Positions 9,641 to 18,826 of a stretch of DNA of 64,000 nucleotides are shown here, in pieces. The position numbers and the translations under genes were made by a program. A model generated the notes under the pieces. That model saw only the letters and a program-made list of their open reading frames with translations. It had not been told where the DNA came from and searched no databases. How positions within the stretch are numbered: position 1 is the stretch's first letter; every line of letters starts with the position of its first letter. Source of the DNA: an uncultured Candidatus Saccharibacteria bacterium (GTDB lineage Bacteria > Patescibacteriota > Dojkabacteria > J137); NCBI GenBank assembly GCA_964414295.1, contig CAYPVU010000007.1, positions 43,492 through 107,491 of the forward strand. The letters are read 5' to 3'.

Positions 9641-10336
9641 ATGAACAAGATTCATAACTTTCAATCAGAATTAATTAAAAAGGTTCAATTAACAGAATCT
9701 ATATATTTGCTTGACTATACTATTCCCGATACTTTTGTTTTTACTCCAGGTCAATTTGTTGGCGCAAGAGTAATTCCTACACACACAAGAGCCTACTCAG
9801 TTGCAGATATAAATAATAATGTAATGACACTATTAGTAGATGTAAAACCCCAGGGGATTGCATCGAAATACTTTGAAAAGGTACAGGTAGGTGAGTCAAC
9901 AAATTTATTAGGTCCTTACGGAATCTATAAAGTAAAAGATACAGATTTGCCAAAAGTATTTGTTTCTACAGGTACAGGAATTGCACCTTTTGTAGCTATG
10001 ATAAAAGACTTAAGAAAAAATAAACCTAATATCCCCGTTTATAATTTCTTTGGAATAAAGGTTATGGAACATGATATTGCTTTGCCCTTTTTTAAGGATC
10101 TACTGGCTAATAACTTTAAATTTATTAATTGTGTATCTAGACAAGAAATTGAAAATTTAAATGCAGTTAATAACCAAGAAATAAAAAAAGGAAGAGTTAC
10201 AGAAGTTATTCCTACATATAACTTTGATTGGATTAATACTGAATTTTACGTGTGTGGTGGGCCAGAAATGGTTACTAGTACAGCTATTCTTTTAAAAGAA
10301 CTAGGTGCAGATAAAATTTATATAGAAAAGTATTAA
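9641..10336 (+). CDS. Ferredoxin-NADP reductase-like FAD/NAD(P)-binding oxidoreductase
   Basis: RAYS (RxYS FAD-binding motif) and GTGIAPF (NAD(P)-binding motif). Confidence 0.6.
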   Translation: MNKIHNFQSELIKKVQLTESIYLLDYTIPDTFVFTPGQFVGARVIPTHTRAYSVADINNNVMTLLVDVKPQGIASKYFEKVQVGESTNLLGPYGIYKVKDTDLPKVFVSTGTGIAPFVAMIKDLRKNKPNIPVYNFFGIKVMEHDIALPFFKDLLANNFKFINCVSRQEIENLNAVNNQEIKKGRVTEVIPTYNFDWINTEFYVCGGPEMVTSTAILLKELGADKIYIEKY

Positions 10337-10337
10337 T

Positions 10338-10643
10338 ATGATTTTTACTATCAACTTTTTAAACCTTAAAATCAATTCAGAAAATTATTCTAATTTCCAT
10401 TCTAAGGTAGTTGAATTTTGTGAAGATTGTTTAGTGCACGATTGTAATACAGAAGAAGGGTTTACAATTCAGTTAAAGTCTAGAGATTTTAATAATAAAG
10501 GAAGGGTTGAGTTAAAGGCATCTTATAATCAATCTAATTCAGTAGTTGTAGAAATTGAAAAAGAATTTCAAACCCAATGGTCACTAAGTAAAATGGAAGA
10601 ATTAGTAAAATTTCTACAAGATTATGACAAATCTTTTAAATAA
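10338..10643 (+). CDS. Hypothetical protein
   Basis: 101-aa ORF, co-directional and tightly spaced. Confidence 0.35.
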   Translation: MIFTINFLNLKINSENYSNFHSKVVEFCEDCLVHDCNTEEGFTIQLKSRDFNNKGRVELKASYNQSNSVVVEIEKEFQTQWSLSKMEELVKFLQDYDKSFK

Positions 10644-11583
10644 TCTTTCTAATACTTACGGTTTAGAATTTACCCAAATAATTAGTCATTCAGAAAAAGG
10701 CTATAGAAATAAAAATCTTATCCTAAAAACAGAGAGCCACAACTATAATCTAGTTATTTATAAGCGAGAAGAAAGTATTTTAAGAACAATCAAAAATACA
10801 AATCATTTTTATGAATATTTAAATTCTAATAATATACCTACAAGAAAAGTTATTAGAACTAAGAATAAAAAAGATATTATTGTTTTAAAATCTAATAACT
10901 TAAATTACTATGCTTCTTTATATTCTTACATAGAAGGAAATACTCTTCCGTGGGAAGGATGGAATAAATCCCACTTAAAAACTATAGGCTATACCCTTGC
11001 TTTAATTCATTCTTTTAAAACTCCAGAAAAGTTAACCTATTTGAATAATGTTATAGATATAGAAATTGAACATTTAAATATAATGCAGACTTACTTTTCT
11101 AATAAAGATGTATCTAGGGCATTAAGTACTAAATTAAAACTTTTAGTAAATAAGGATTATTTAGAAAGTTTCTACTCTACTTTTACTACATTAAGATCTA
11201 AAAAAAGTGTAAGTCTTTTACATATGGACTTAGTTAGGGGAAATGTAATTTGGAATAATAAAAACTTAGCAGGAATTATAGATGGTGAAAAAGTATGTAA
11301 TGGACTACCTATTTTTGAAGTTGCAAGAACATTTTCTTTTTTATTAGTTGACTGTAAATACAAATCTGCAAAAGAAGTTTTTAAATACTTTTTAGTAAAA
11401 GGGTATTTAAAAGAAAGAAAGTTATTTAACGGTGAGTTTTTGCAAACCTTAGTAGATTTTTATTTGATTTATGATTTTTATAAGTTCTTAAAACACAGCC
11501 CGTACGAGTCTTTAGAAAAAAATGAGCATTTTTTGAGAACAAGATTTATACTATTGAAAAGAAAAATTCTAATTACTCAATGA
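10624..11583 (+). CDS. Aminoglycoside/choline-kinase-like phosphotransferase (APH fold)
   Basis: Catalytic loop LHMDLVRGNVIW (HxDxxxxN) and IIDGEKV (DFG-like). Confidence 0.55.
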   Translation: MTNLLNNLSNTYGLEFTQIISHSEKGYRNKNLILKTESHNYNLVIYKREESILRTIKNTNHFYEYLNSNNIPTRKVIRTKNKKDIIVLKSNNLNYYASLYSYIEGNTLPWEGWNKSHLKTIGYTLALIHSFKTPEKLTYLNNVIDIEIEHLNIMQTYFSNKDVSRALSTKLKLLVNKDYLESFYSTFTTLRSKKSVSLLHMDLVRGNVIWNNKNLAGIIDGEKVCNGLPIFEVARTFSFLLVDCKYKSAKEVFKYFLVKGYLKERKLFNGEFLQTLVDFYLIYDFYKFLKHSPYESLEKNEHFLRTRFILLKRKILITQ

Positions 11584-12296
11584 ACCACCTAGAAAGAATA
11601 AAAAAATTAAAGGTTTTATTTGATGACGGACAAATTCCAACCTTAGCTGTTCACGAAGTCCATCCTGATTTACCTAAGAACGATAGAATAAATTATATCT
11701 ACTTTACTCTACCTGTTAGTATTAACTTTCAAAGAAGTTCACCAGCAATGTGGCAGGCTGCTTTTGCAACCTATAATGATCCAGAAACTAATTATTTATT
11801 TTATCCAGAAGAAGTTGTAAAAAGAACCAGAGAAGAAGTAATGAGAGATTTAACTAAACACAAACTTGGACTTCAAAAAAATAAACATACTGATATTTGG
11901 ATAGCATTATCGACTACCCTATTTAATGAATATAGTTCTGATCCTAGAGAAATTATAAAAAAAGGAAGAGGTTGTGCAGTTCAAGTTAAAAATATTCTAA
12001 TAAATAATAAAAAGAAATTTCCTTATTTGAACGGACTTAAATTATCTAATTATTGGCTGTATATCTTATCTAAATATACAGACGTAAAATTGCGTAATTC
12101 TCATAAGATCTCAATAATTCCTGATACTCATGTAATTCAATCAACAATTAAATTAGGTCTTTCACCGGATAATGTAACATCAGCACAAGTAGAACAGATC
12201 TGGGAAAGTTTATTAAAAGAAAGTGGAATTTCACCTGTAGAAATGCATCCTGTGTTATGGAATTGGAGTAGAAACAATTTTTTACCTAGCGTTTAA
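11580..12296 (+). CDS. Hypothetical protein, possible HhH-GPD (endonuclease III-like) fold
   Basis: FPYLNGLKLSNYWLYIL...IIPDTHVIQSTIKLGL resembles an HhH followed by the VDTHVxRV..RLGL segment of EndoIII/AlkA-type glycosylases. Weak. Confidence 0.3.
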   Translation: MNHLERIKKLKVLFDDGQIPTLAVHEVHPDLPKNDRINYIYFTLPVSINFQRSSPAMWQAAFATYNDPETNYLFYPEEVVKRTREEVMRDLTKHKLGLQKNKHTDIWIALSTTLFNEYSSDPREIIKKGRGCAVQVKNILINNKKKFPYLNGLKLSNYWLYILSKYTDVKLRNSHKISIIPDTHVIQSTIKLGLSPDNVTSAQVEQIWESLLKESGISPVEMHPVLWNWSRNNFLPSV

Positions 12297-12313
12297 TATT
12301 TTAAAATCTATTT

Positions 12314-12868
12314 ATGAAAGCATGGAAGAAAAGATTAGTTGATCAAAGTGATTTAATGACACTTCAAGAAAAACTAAAAGAAAAAGGAAAAAAGGTAGTC
12401 TTTACTGCAGGGTCCTGGGATTTACTTCATGTAGGTCAAACAAGATATTTAGAAGAGGCAAAAAGCTATGGTGATGTTTTAGTTGTTGGTGTTAGCAGCA
12501 ATGCTGCAATTAGAAAGGTAAAAGGACCAAATAAACCGATTCTAGATGAAATGATTAGAGCAGAAATGCTTACTTATTTAAGATCTGTTGATTTTGTAAC
12601 TATTTTACCTGAACCAAGTTGTCAGCCTACTTTAGGTTTATTAAGACCAGATGTATATGTAACAGTAAAAGAAGATTGGACAGAAAATTATAAAGAATCT
12701 AAAGAATATAAAACTGTAGTTAAATATGGAGGGGAAGTAATAATTGTAGATAGACAGTCTACTACTTTATCTACAACTAAAATTGTTCAAAGAGCCATTG
12801 GCGGACACTTAGGCGAAATCTTTAAAGACTTTATTGAATTAAGAAAAGATCCTTTAAAAGAAAAATAA
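12314..12868 (+). CDS. Cytidylyltransferase-like nucleotidyltransferase
   Basis: VVFTAGSWDLLHVGQTRYL (HxGH-like nucleotidyltransferase motif, as in RfaE domain II / GCT-type). Confidence 0.6.
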   Translation: MKAWKKRLVDQSDLMTLQEKLKEKGKKVVFTAGSWDLLHVGQTRYLEEAKSYGDVLVVGVSSNAAIRKVKGPNKPILDEMIRAEMLTYLRSVDFVTILPEPSCQPTLGLLRPDVYVTVKEDWTENYKESKEYKTVVKYGGEVIIVDRQSTTLSTTKIVQRAIGGHLGEIFKDFIELRKDPLKEK

Positions 12869-12891
12869 TTAAGGTCTTAAATCACTATCAG

Positions 12892-14235
12892 TTATAAAGT
12901 CTGTAATTTGAGATTTTCTAAAAATGGCCATGGAGTTTCTTGCATATGCCAGTAATCGCTATCTAAAAAGTAAAGATTTCTATGGTCATTTAAATAGTAT
13001 TTAAGAACCAGGTAGTCGAATGGGGATTCAACTACTACCCTACGTGATGATTCTGCACCTGCTCTTAATTCTTCTATATTATTAAATACTTTATTAGAAT
13101 TTACCCAATTTAATTGAGTTAATAATAGTAAGTAAATTGCTGCACTTGTAATTATAAATTTAAGATCTTGTCTGCTTACATAAATACCAATCCATACTAT
13201 AAATACTACAGATAAGAATATTAAATATCTTGGTAAAAAGATATTAATACCAAATAAACTTACGATTGTTACTGCAACAATATTAAATAAAAGCAATTTA
13301 GAAATTCCTTTTACAACTTTATTCTTCTCATCAAACCCTTTTAAAATAAATATAATTACCAGTACTAACAATACAATGAATACGGGAGTTAGGTTTTCTA
13401 TAAAATTAAATTTAAATACCGGTTGTTTAGAAATGGCTTGGTTGTCTAACCCAAATATAAATGAGTATAAAACTTCTCCAATTTCTAATGGCTGTGCATC
13501 TGATAACCAGGAAGTATGAGTTATATTTTTAGGAAAGATTCTATAATCTCCATTACTAATCATTCCTTTAAATAATATAAGAGCTAAGATTGCTACCATT
13601 GCAATCCACATTAACTTTTCTAGTTTAGGAAATAACCTGAGTACAAAAAATACACCAAAACTTAAAATTAAAGGAATACTTAAGTAGTGTGTAAATATCA
13701 TTAAAATACTTACAACTGCTAAATATTTAAAGTATCTTAAATTAATTAGTGATTTTACATCTTTAAATTTAGTACTGTATATTTTTAAAAATAAAACAAC
13801 AGCTACTAAAACTTCTAAAGCCAGCATAATATAAGATCTTGCTTCTAAAGAATACAAAATAAAAAATGGGCTTAACGAAAATATTCCAGATGTTATTAAT
13901 GCTGCTTTTGTACCAATTAATCTTTTTATTAAATAATAAGAAGCAATAATTAACCCTACTCCAAATATAAAAGAAAACCCCTTAAGTGCAAGTTCGGTAT
14001 TCCCCCAGATTGCAGTCCATAACTTTAATAAAAGATAATAAAGTGGTGGATGTACTCTATCTTGTGCAATGATAGAAAAGATTCCATTTAAATCTTCTCT
14101 TACCATAATTCCGCTAAATGCCTCGTCGTACCATAACGAAGAATTGTTTAACACATTTAATCTAGAAATTATTCCTAAAACTAGAATAGGCAGAAAGCTT
14201 ATTAGTCCTATATTCTTAAGAATTTTTTGGTACAT
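12892..14235 (-). CDS. GT-C family membrane glycosyltransferase (PMT/ArnT-like)
   Basis: About 11 predicted TM helices. WYDEAFSG (DE motif in the first periplasmic loop of GT39/GT83 enzymes). Confidence 0.6.
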   Translation of the reverse strand: MYQKILKNIGLISFLPILVLGIISRLNVLNNSSLWYDEAFSGIMVREDLNGIFSIIAQDRVHPPLYYLLLKLWTAIWGNTELALKGFSFIFGVGLIIASYYLIKRLIGTKAALITSGIFSLSPFFILYSLEARSYIMLALEVLVAVVLFLKIYSTKFKDVKSLINLRYFKYLAVVSILMIFTHYLSIPLILSFGVFFVLRLFPKLEKLMWIAMVAILALILFKGMISNGDYRIFPKNITHTSWLSDAQPLEIGEVLYSFIFGLDNQAISKQPVFKFNFIENLTPVFIVLLVLVIIFILKGFDEKNKVVKGISKLLLFNIVAVTIVSLFGINIFLPRYLIFLSVVFIVWIGIYVSRQDLKFIITSAAIYLLLLTQLNWVNSNKVFNNIEELRAGAESSRRVVVESPFDYLVLKYYLNDHRNLYFLDSDYWHMQETPWPFLENLKLQTL

Positions 14236-14308
14236 TTTGAATAGTTGATATATATTGTAAGAGTTACGTATTAATTTTACTAAGTTTATTCTAAATTAAA
14301 CATATCCT

Positions 14309-15280
14309 ATGTCACTTTCACAGGAGGAAATGAAGAACGCCCGAACTTCAGGCAATTACGATCACATTTGGCAGAACACTGGTAAATGCGTATTTTGCGA
14401 CTTAAAAGATAAATATATTATTCATAAAGAAAATGGAATTGCTTTAACTGTAAACTTATTCCCCTATATTGATGGACAATTAATGGCTATTCCTTTAAGA
14501 CACGTAGCAAGTCCTAAAGAACTTACTCAAAGTGAATGGGAAACAATGCGTAAATTTGCTTACCTTGCTAGAAAAATGATAAAGGACATACATAAAATAA
14601 AAGGAATGTGGACTTTAATGCGGGAAGGTGGTGTAGATGCGCAAATGTCTGTGAGTGATCATTTACATATGCAGTTTATTCCTTTTGATAAAGCAGATCT
14701 ATGTACATGGAATTATAGAGAATTAAAACATACTCCAATAGAAAATGCCGATCTATATTTAAAAAACATTAAAGAGTTTATTAAGGACTATAGTAAATTT
14801 GATAATAAATATTTAAATCTTAATAGTGTTCCTGTTGTATTAGACTTAATGATAATTAACCAAGATAAAAAAGTTTGTTTCCAAGAAAGAAAAGATGAAT
14901 ATAAATTTGATCCTGACATCTTAACTTTGCCCGGCGGACATGTTGATAACTATTCAATAGATTTAAAACAATCACTAGCCAGAGAAGTAAAAGAAGAAAT
15001 TTGTTATGACTTAAATGTTGAGGAAATAACTTTAGTTGATTCTAGATTAAGTAGTTTAAACTGGCCAATTGATTTTAAAAATGTAGATCAGAGAATTAGT
15101 CAGCCAAAAACGTTTTTGTGGAATACATATTTATTAACTAACTTTAATAAAGAAGATAGTTTAATTCCTGATGATGACTGCAAAGAAATTTTATGGCTTT
15201 CTGAATCTGATATTACAAAAGCTACAAATATTTCTAAAGAACTTAAACAAATAGTTTTACAAACACTAAAAGCATTATGA
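14309..15280 (+). CDS. HIT-domain / Nudix-domain fusion protein
   Basis: N-terminal half has the histidine triad HLHMQFIP. C-terminal half has the Nudix box LPGGHVDNYSIDLKQSLAREVKEEICYD. Confidence 0.65.
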   Translation: MSLSQEEMKNARTSGNYDHIWQNTGKCVFCDLKDKYIIHKENGIALTVNLFPYIDGQLMAIPLRHVASPKELTQSEWETMRKFAYLARKMIKDIHKIKGMWTLMREGGVDAQMSVSDHLHMQFIPFDKADLCTWNYRELKHTPIENADLYLKNIKEFIKDYSKFDNKYLNLNSVPVVLDLMIINQDKKVCFQERKDEYKFDPDILTLPGGHVDNYSIDLKQSLAREVKEEICYDLNVEEITLVDSRLSSLNWPIDFKNVDQRISQPKTFLWNTYLLTNFNKEDSLIPDDDCKEILWLSESDITKATNISKELKQIVLQTLKAL

Positions 15281-16230
15281 GAATTGATTGGAACGAAATT
15301 GTATTTAAAGATAAATCAGAACTTAAGGCAAAAAACTATATTTTTATAGTTGGATTTAGAGAAATATCTTCTAAAAGACTTTTAGAATTGGTAAAAACGT
15401 ACTTACCTAAATCCAATTTGTTAATAGGGGCCTTAAGAGAAGACTACATAGAGGGCTTTGAAGAACAACCACAATTTAAGACAATGTCTAAAAGTAAATT
15501 AAATAAGTTTGTTGAAAAACTTAATAGTTCTAAATTACAAAATTCTTTAGATTTAATTGAATACTTTCAAAGAGATACTGCAGCTATTATAAGCAAATTA
15601 AAACCATCTCAAGTTATTTTAGTAAATGGCTCGTGGTCTAAAACTTTTCACTTAAGACCGGAGTTTTTTGAATTAGTTAAAAATAATATTAAATATAAAT
15701 TTGTGTCTCCATTCAGTACAGAAGAAGAAGCTAAGGAATATGCAATTAATATGGAGTCAACAATTAATAATCTTATTGAATTAGATTTTAAAAAAGAATT
15801 TACGGATAAAGAGTTAATGCAGCTTGTTAAGTCAGTTTCAAAAAAATCATTTGATTGGACTTATCAAATAGGTGCATTACTTGTAAACAATAATAAAGTA
15901 GTTCTTTCTACTTACAATAAGACTCTTCCCTATAGTACTTATGCAATGCATTTTGGATCTAATAGAGAAAAGGAATTTAGTCCGCCTGGAGATCTTAACA
16001 ACTACGATACTATACATGCAGAAGCAAACCTAATAGTAGAAGCCGGCAAAAAGAATATAGATTTAAGTAATACTTCAATCTATATAAATCTGCTCCCCTG
16101 CCCTACTTGTGCAAAGTTAATAGCAGAAAGCAATATTAAAGAAATTGTATATTCAGAAGATCATAGTGAAGGTTACGCTGTAAAGTTATTAGAGAGTATG
16201 GGTAAATTGGTTAGAAGAGTCGTTTTATAA
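15277..16230 (+). CDS. CMP/dCMP deaminase-domain protein with ~180-aa N-terminal extension
   Basis: HAEANLI (zinc-binding H(A/C)E) and PCPTCAKLI (PCxxC) in the C-terminal third. ATGA overlap with the upstream gene. Confidence 0.65.
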   Translation: MRIDWNEIVFKDKSELKAKNYIFIVGFREISSKRLLELVKTYLPKSNLLIGALREDYIEGFEEQPQFKTMSKSKLNKFVEKLNSSKLQNSLDLIEYFQRDTAAIISKLKPSQVILVNGSWSKTFHLRPEFFELVKNNIKYKFVSPFSTEEEAKEYAINMESTINNLIELDFKKEFTDKELMQLVKSVSKKSFDWTYQIGALLVNNNKVVLSTYNKTLPYSTYAMHFGSNREKEFSPPGDLNNYDTIHAEANLIVEAGKKNIDLSNTSIYINLLPCPTCAKLIAESNIKEIVYSEDHSEGYAVKLLESMGKLVRRVVL

Positions 16231-16314
16231 ACTTACACTCCCCTTACTGCACTCTACTTATACTAAAAAGTTAAACCTGCTATACTTTTACTAATATCTT
16301 TAAAAATTCTTCTA

Positions 16315-17133
16315 ATGAAAGGTAAAAATTTTTTATTGGTTTTTACAATACTAGCTGCATGTTTAACTATTAGTATTCTTCTTGTTGCAGTTACATTGCT
16401 TGCAACAAATACTATTAATCAGAATAAACAAATTGAAGAATTAAAGACTCAAATAGATTCAATGAACTTATCTCAAGGTACTTCAATGCCTACAGAAATA
16501 GAAGAAGATACTTGGTCAGTTACTACAAAATCAGATATAGAGGAAACAGCAAGTTATTCTGTAAGTATTTTATATCCTAACTTTTCTCATCCTCAACATA
16601 TGGATATAGCTTCAGATTTAAATAATTATGTATCTCAATCTATTCTACAGTATAAAAAAGATACAATGTTTACAGACACAATTAGCAGTTCTAAATCTAC
16701 ATTAGATTTAGATTATGATATTAAATTTTTAAATGATAACTTAGTAAGCTTATTAATATCAGGTAGCCAATACAGTGGAGGAGCTCATCCAAGCGGAGTT
16801 TATATTTCTATAAATTATGATTTAAAAAATAATCAACCTTTAGAGTTGCAAGATTTATTTAATCCTGCATCTGGTTATTTAAATTCTCTTTCTATTAATA
16901 CAAAAGCAGCTTTATTAGAAAAATTTGGTACAGATGCAGATGAAAGCTTTATTGAAGGTGGAACATCTGCAGAAGTTAATAACTTTAAAATATTTAATAT
17001 CTCTGATGGCAGGTTAATTATTACATTCCCTGAATATCAGGTAGCTCCTTATGCAGTAGGTTCTCAGCAAGTAGAATTAAATTTAGATGATTATAGTTCT
17101 ATGTTTAGATCTGAATTCTCAGCTCTATTGTAA
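16315..17133 (+). CDS. Membrane-anchored DUF3298/DUF4163-like protein
   Basis: N-terminal TM helix. The SGSQYSGGAHPSGVYISINYDL segment is typical of the DUF3298 (RsiV-like) fold. Confidence 0.5.
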   Translation: MKGKNFLLVFTILAACLTISILLVAVTLLATNTINQNKQIEELKTQIDSMNLSQGTSMPTEIEEDTWSVTTKSDIEETASYSVSILYPNFSHPQHMDIASDLNNYVSQSILQYKKDTMFTDTISSSKSTLDLDYDIKFLNDNLVSLLISGSQYSGGAHPSGVYISINYDLKNNQPLELQDLFNPASGYLNSLSINTKAALLEKFGTDADESFIEGGTSAEVNNFKIFNISDGRLIITFPEYQVAPYAVGSQQVELNLDDYSSMFRSEFSALL

Positions 17134-17138
17134 TGATT

Positions 17139-17168
17139 AAGCGGCGGGCTAAAGCCCGCCGCTTTTAA
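17139..17168. terminator. Bidirectional rho-independent terminator between convergent genes
   Basis: gcggcgggc-taaa-gcccgccgc perfect 9-bp GC stem followed by ttttaatt on the plus strand. Lies between the + gene ending at 17133 and the - gene ending at 17169. Confidence 0.75.
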
Positions 17169-18686
17169 TTAATGTGTATTTCTTTGGAATTCCCCAGAAG
17201 TTGAAATTAAATTAAGTGGTGAAGGATTTATATTTTGCATTTCCGTTACATCTTTTGCTCCTCTAAATACTAAAGATAAAATTGCATCTTCAATTAGTAG
17301 ATGTAAATTATAGGTTAAAGTTGGTCTTACATGTTTTATATAGCTCATTGCAGCTTTTGTAACTTCTCCTTCTACAAAGGATGGAATATCAAAAGGTAAT
17401 AGTTTCCCATCTAAGTATTTTGTTCTGGCAGATGCTTCTCCACCGTAAGGTTTAAACATCTTTCCATTACTATCTACGCAGTATAGTATTCCACCAGGAG
17501 ATTCAATTGTCCCTCCACTAACTATTCTGCTTACACTTATTCCACTAGCTCCCAATAATAAAGATACAGCAATATGATCACTTGCTCCGCCTTCAGCAAT
17601 TACAGGTATATTTATTTCTCCTCTTAATGCAAATACAAGTTCCGGCCAATCTATTGCTGAACCACTTCTTACCCCGGTAATGCATCTTCCTCCGCCTCCT
17701 ATTCCTACAAATAATCCATCTGCTCCTGCTGCTTCTAAATCTTTTGCCTGTTTTACATCTACAACTTGTCCTGCCCATATTTCTACACTATCACCTAATT
17801 CTTTTCTTAATACTTTTACAGTTTCTAGTGCTTCTGTACCAGGTTCAGGTGAATATACTCTAAAGCTTCTTACGCCTGCGTCATAAAGTGCCTGAGCTCT
17901 AACCATTACCTTTTTAGGATTTGTTTCTAATGTTCCACAAACATTTCTTTTCCACATTTCTAATATCTCTTCTTTATCTTCTCTATTTTGTAATATTTCT
18001 TCTGCCATTTGATCTAGCCATACAAAAACTTCTTTTGCTAAATCAGTTTGTCTTTCTAAAGAAGAAGTTAAACCGTTTCTTGGGACACCCGCTAAACAGT
18101 GACTTGCAGCCATTGTTGCAATTGCTGGTGCACTATTCCAAACATCTGGAGATGCAGAACTTACAAAAATGCTTCTAGCTTGTCTGCCTAATTTTACAAA
18201 TGGACCGCTAGCATATCTTTCTTTTCTACTTATTCTTTGATTCTGTGAGCCTTCAATTGAAGATCCTAAATCTCCTACAGATAATGCAATCCCATTTTTT
18301 AATGCATAATCAATTGCATTTGATTTTACTTTTTTAGGTGCTTCAAAATTTCTTTTATTAACTTCTTTTAAATAATGCATTCTTAATGGATGATTAAACA
18401 TTTCTAAAAAGAATCTTCGCATTCTTAATGTTTCTATTAATTGTTCTTGCGGAAGTAAACTTAACGATTTTATATCTAAATAATCAAATGGAGTTTGAAG
18501 TAATCCTTGACTTGGATATACATATTTTGCTTCTTTACTTAATGCATACCATTTCTCTAAATAATTATGATGATTTTTTTCGTGTTCTTCTAATGCTTTT
18601 TTTATTCTTTGAGAACCAGATTCTGGATTCATTAATTCTTCATAATCTTCACGCAGTTTATCTAATGAAATACTTTTTTTAGCCAT
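17169..18686 (-). CDS. IMP dehydrogenase/GMP reductase family protein
   Basis: GIGGGGRCITGV (catalytic Cys loop, cf. GIGPGSICTTR), IAEGGASDH (cf. IADGGI..GD), and AGADGLFVG. Position of the Cys loop near residue 330 of 505 as in full-length IMPDH. Confidence 0.65.
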   Translation of the reverse strand: MAKKSISLDKLREDYEELMNPESGSQRIKKALEEHEKNHHNYLEKWYALSKEAKYVYPSQGLLQTPFDYLDIKSLSLLPQEQLIETLRMRRFFLEMFNHPLRMHYLKEVNKRNFEAPKKVKSNAIDYALKNGIALSVGDLGSSIEGSQNQRISRKERYASGPFVKLGRQARSIFVSSASPDVWNSAPAIATMAASHCLAGVPRNGLTSSLERQTDLAKEVFVWLDQMAEEILQNREDKEEILEMWKRNVCGTLETNPKKVMVRAQALYDAGVRSFRVYSPEPGTEALETVKVLRKELGDSVEIWAGQVVDVKQAKDLEAAGADGLFVGIGGGGRCITGVRSGSAIDWPELVFALRGEINIPVIAEGGASDHIAVSLLLGASGISVSRIVSGGTIESPGGILYCVDSNGKMFKPYGGEASARTKYLDGKLLPFDIPSFVEGEVTKAAMSYIKHVRPTLTYNLHLLIEDAILSLVFRGAKDVTEMQNINPSPLNLISTSGEFQRNTH

Positions 18687-18826
18687 ACAAAAAGGTTAAA
18701 AAATAATAGCTCTTAATTGAGGAAAAAATAATAAATGGAGATGATTTAATCTTTTATTCATTATGCATTCTTATAATATAGGACAAAACAATTCTAGTCT
18801 AGTTTAGTACGGGATTTTTTATTGTT

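Noticed and set aside
17593-18682. Four short ORFs (17593..17778 -, 17680..17886 +, 17921..18178 +, 18428..18682 +) inside the IMPDH-family gene
   Set aside because: They are shadow or antisense ORFs lying entirely within a well-supported 505-aa CDS. Their low-complexity Arg/Leu-rich translations are typical of out-of-frame reading.
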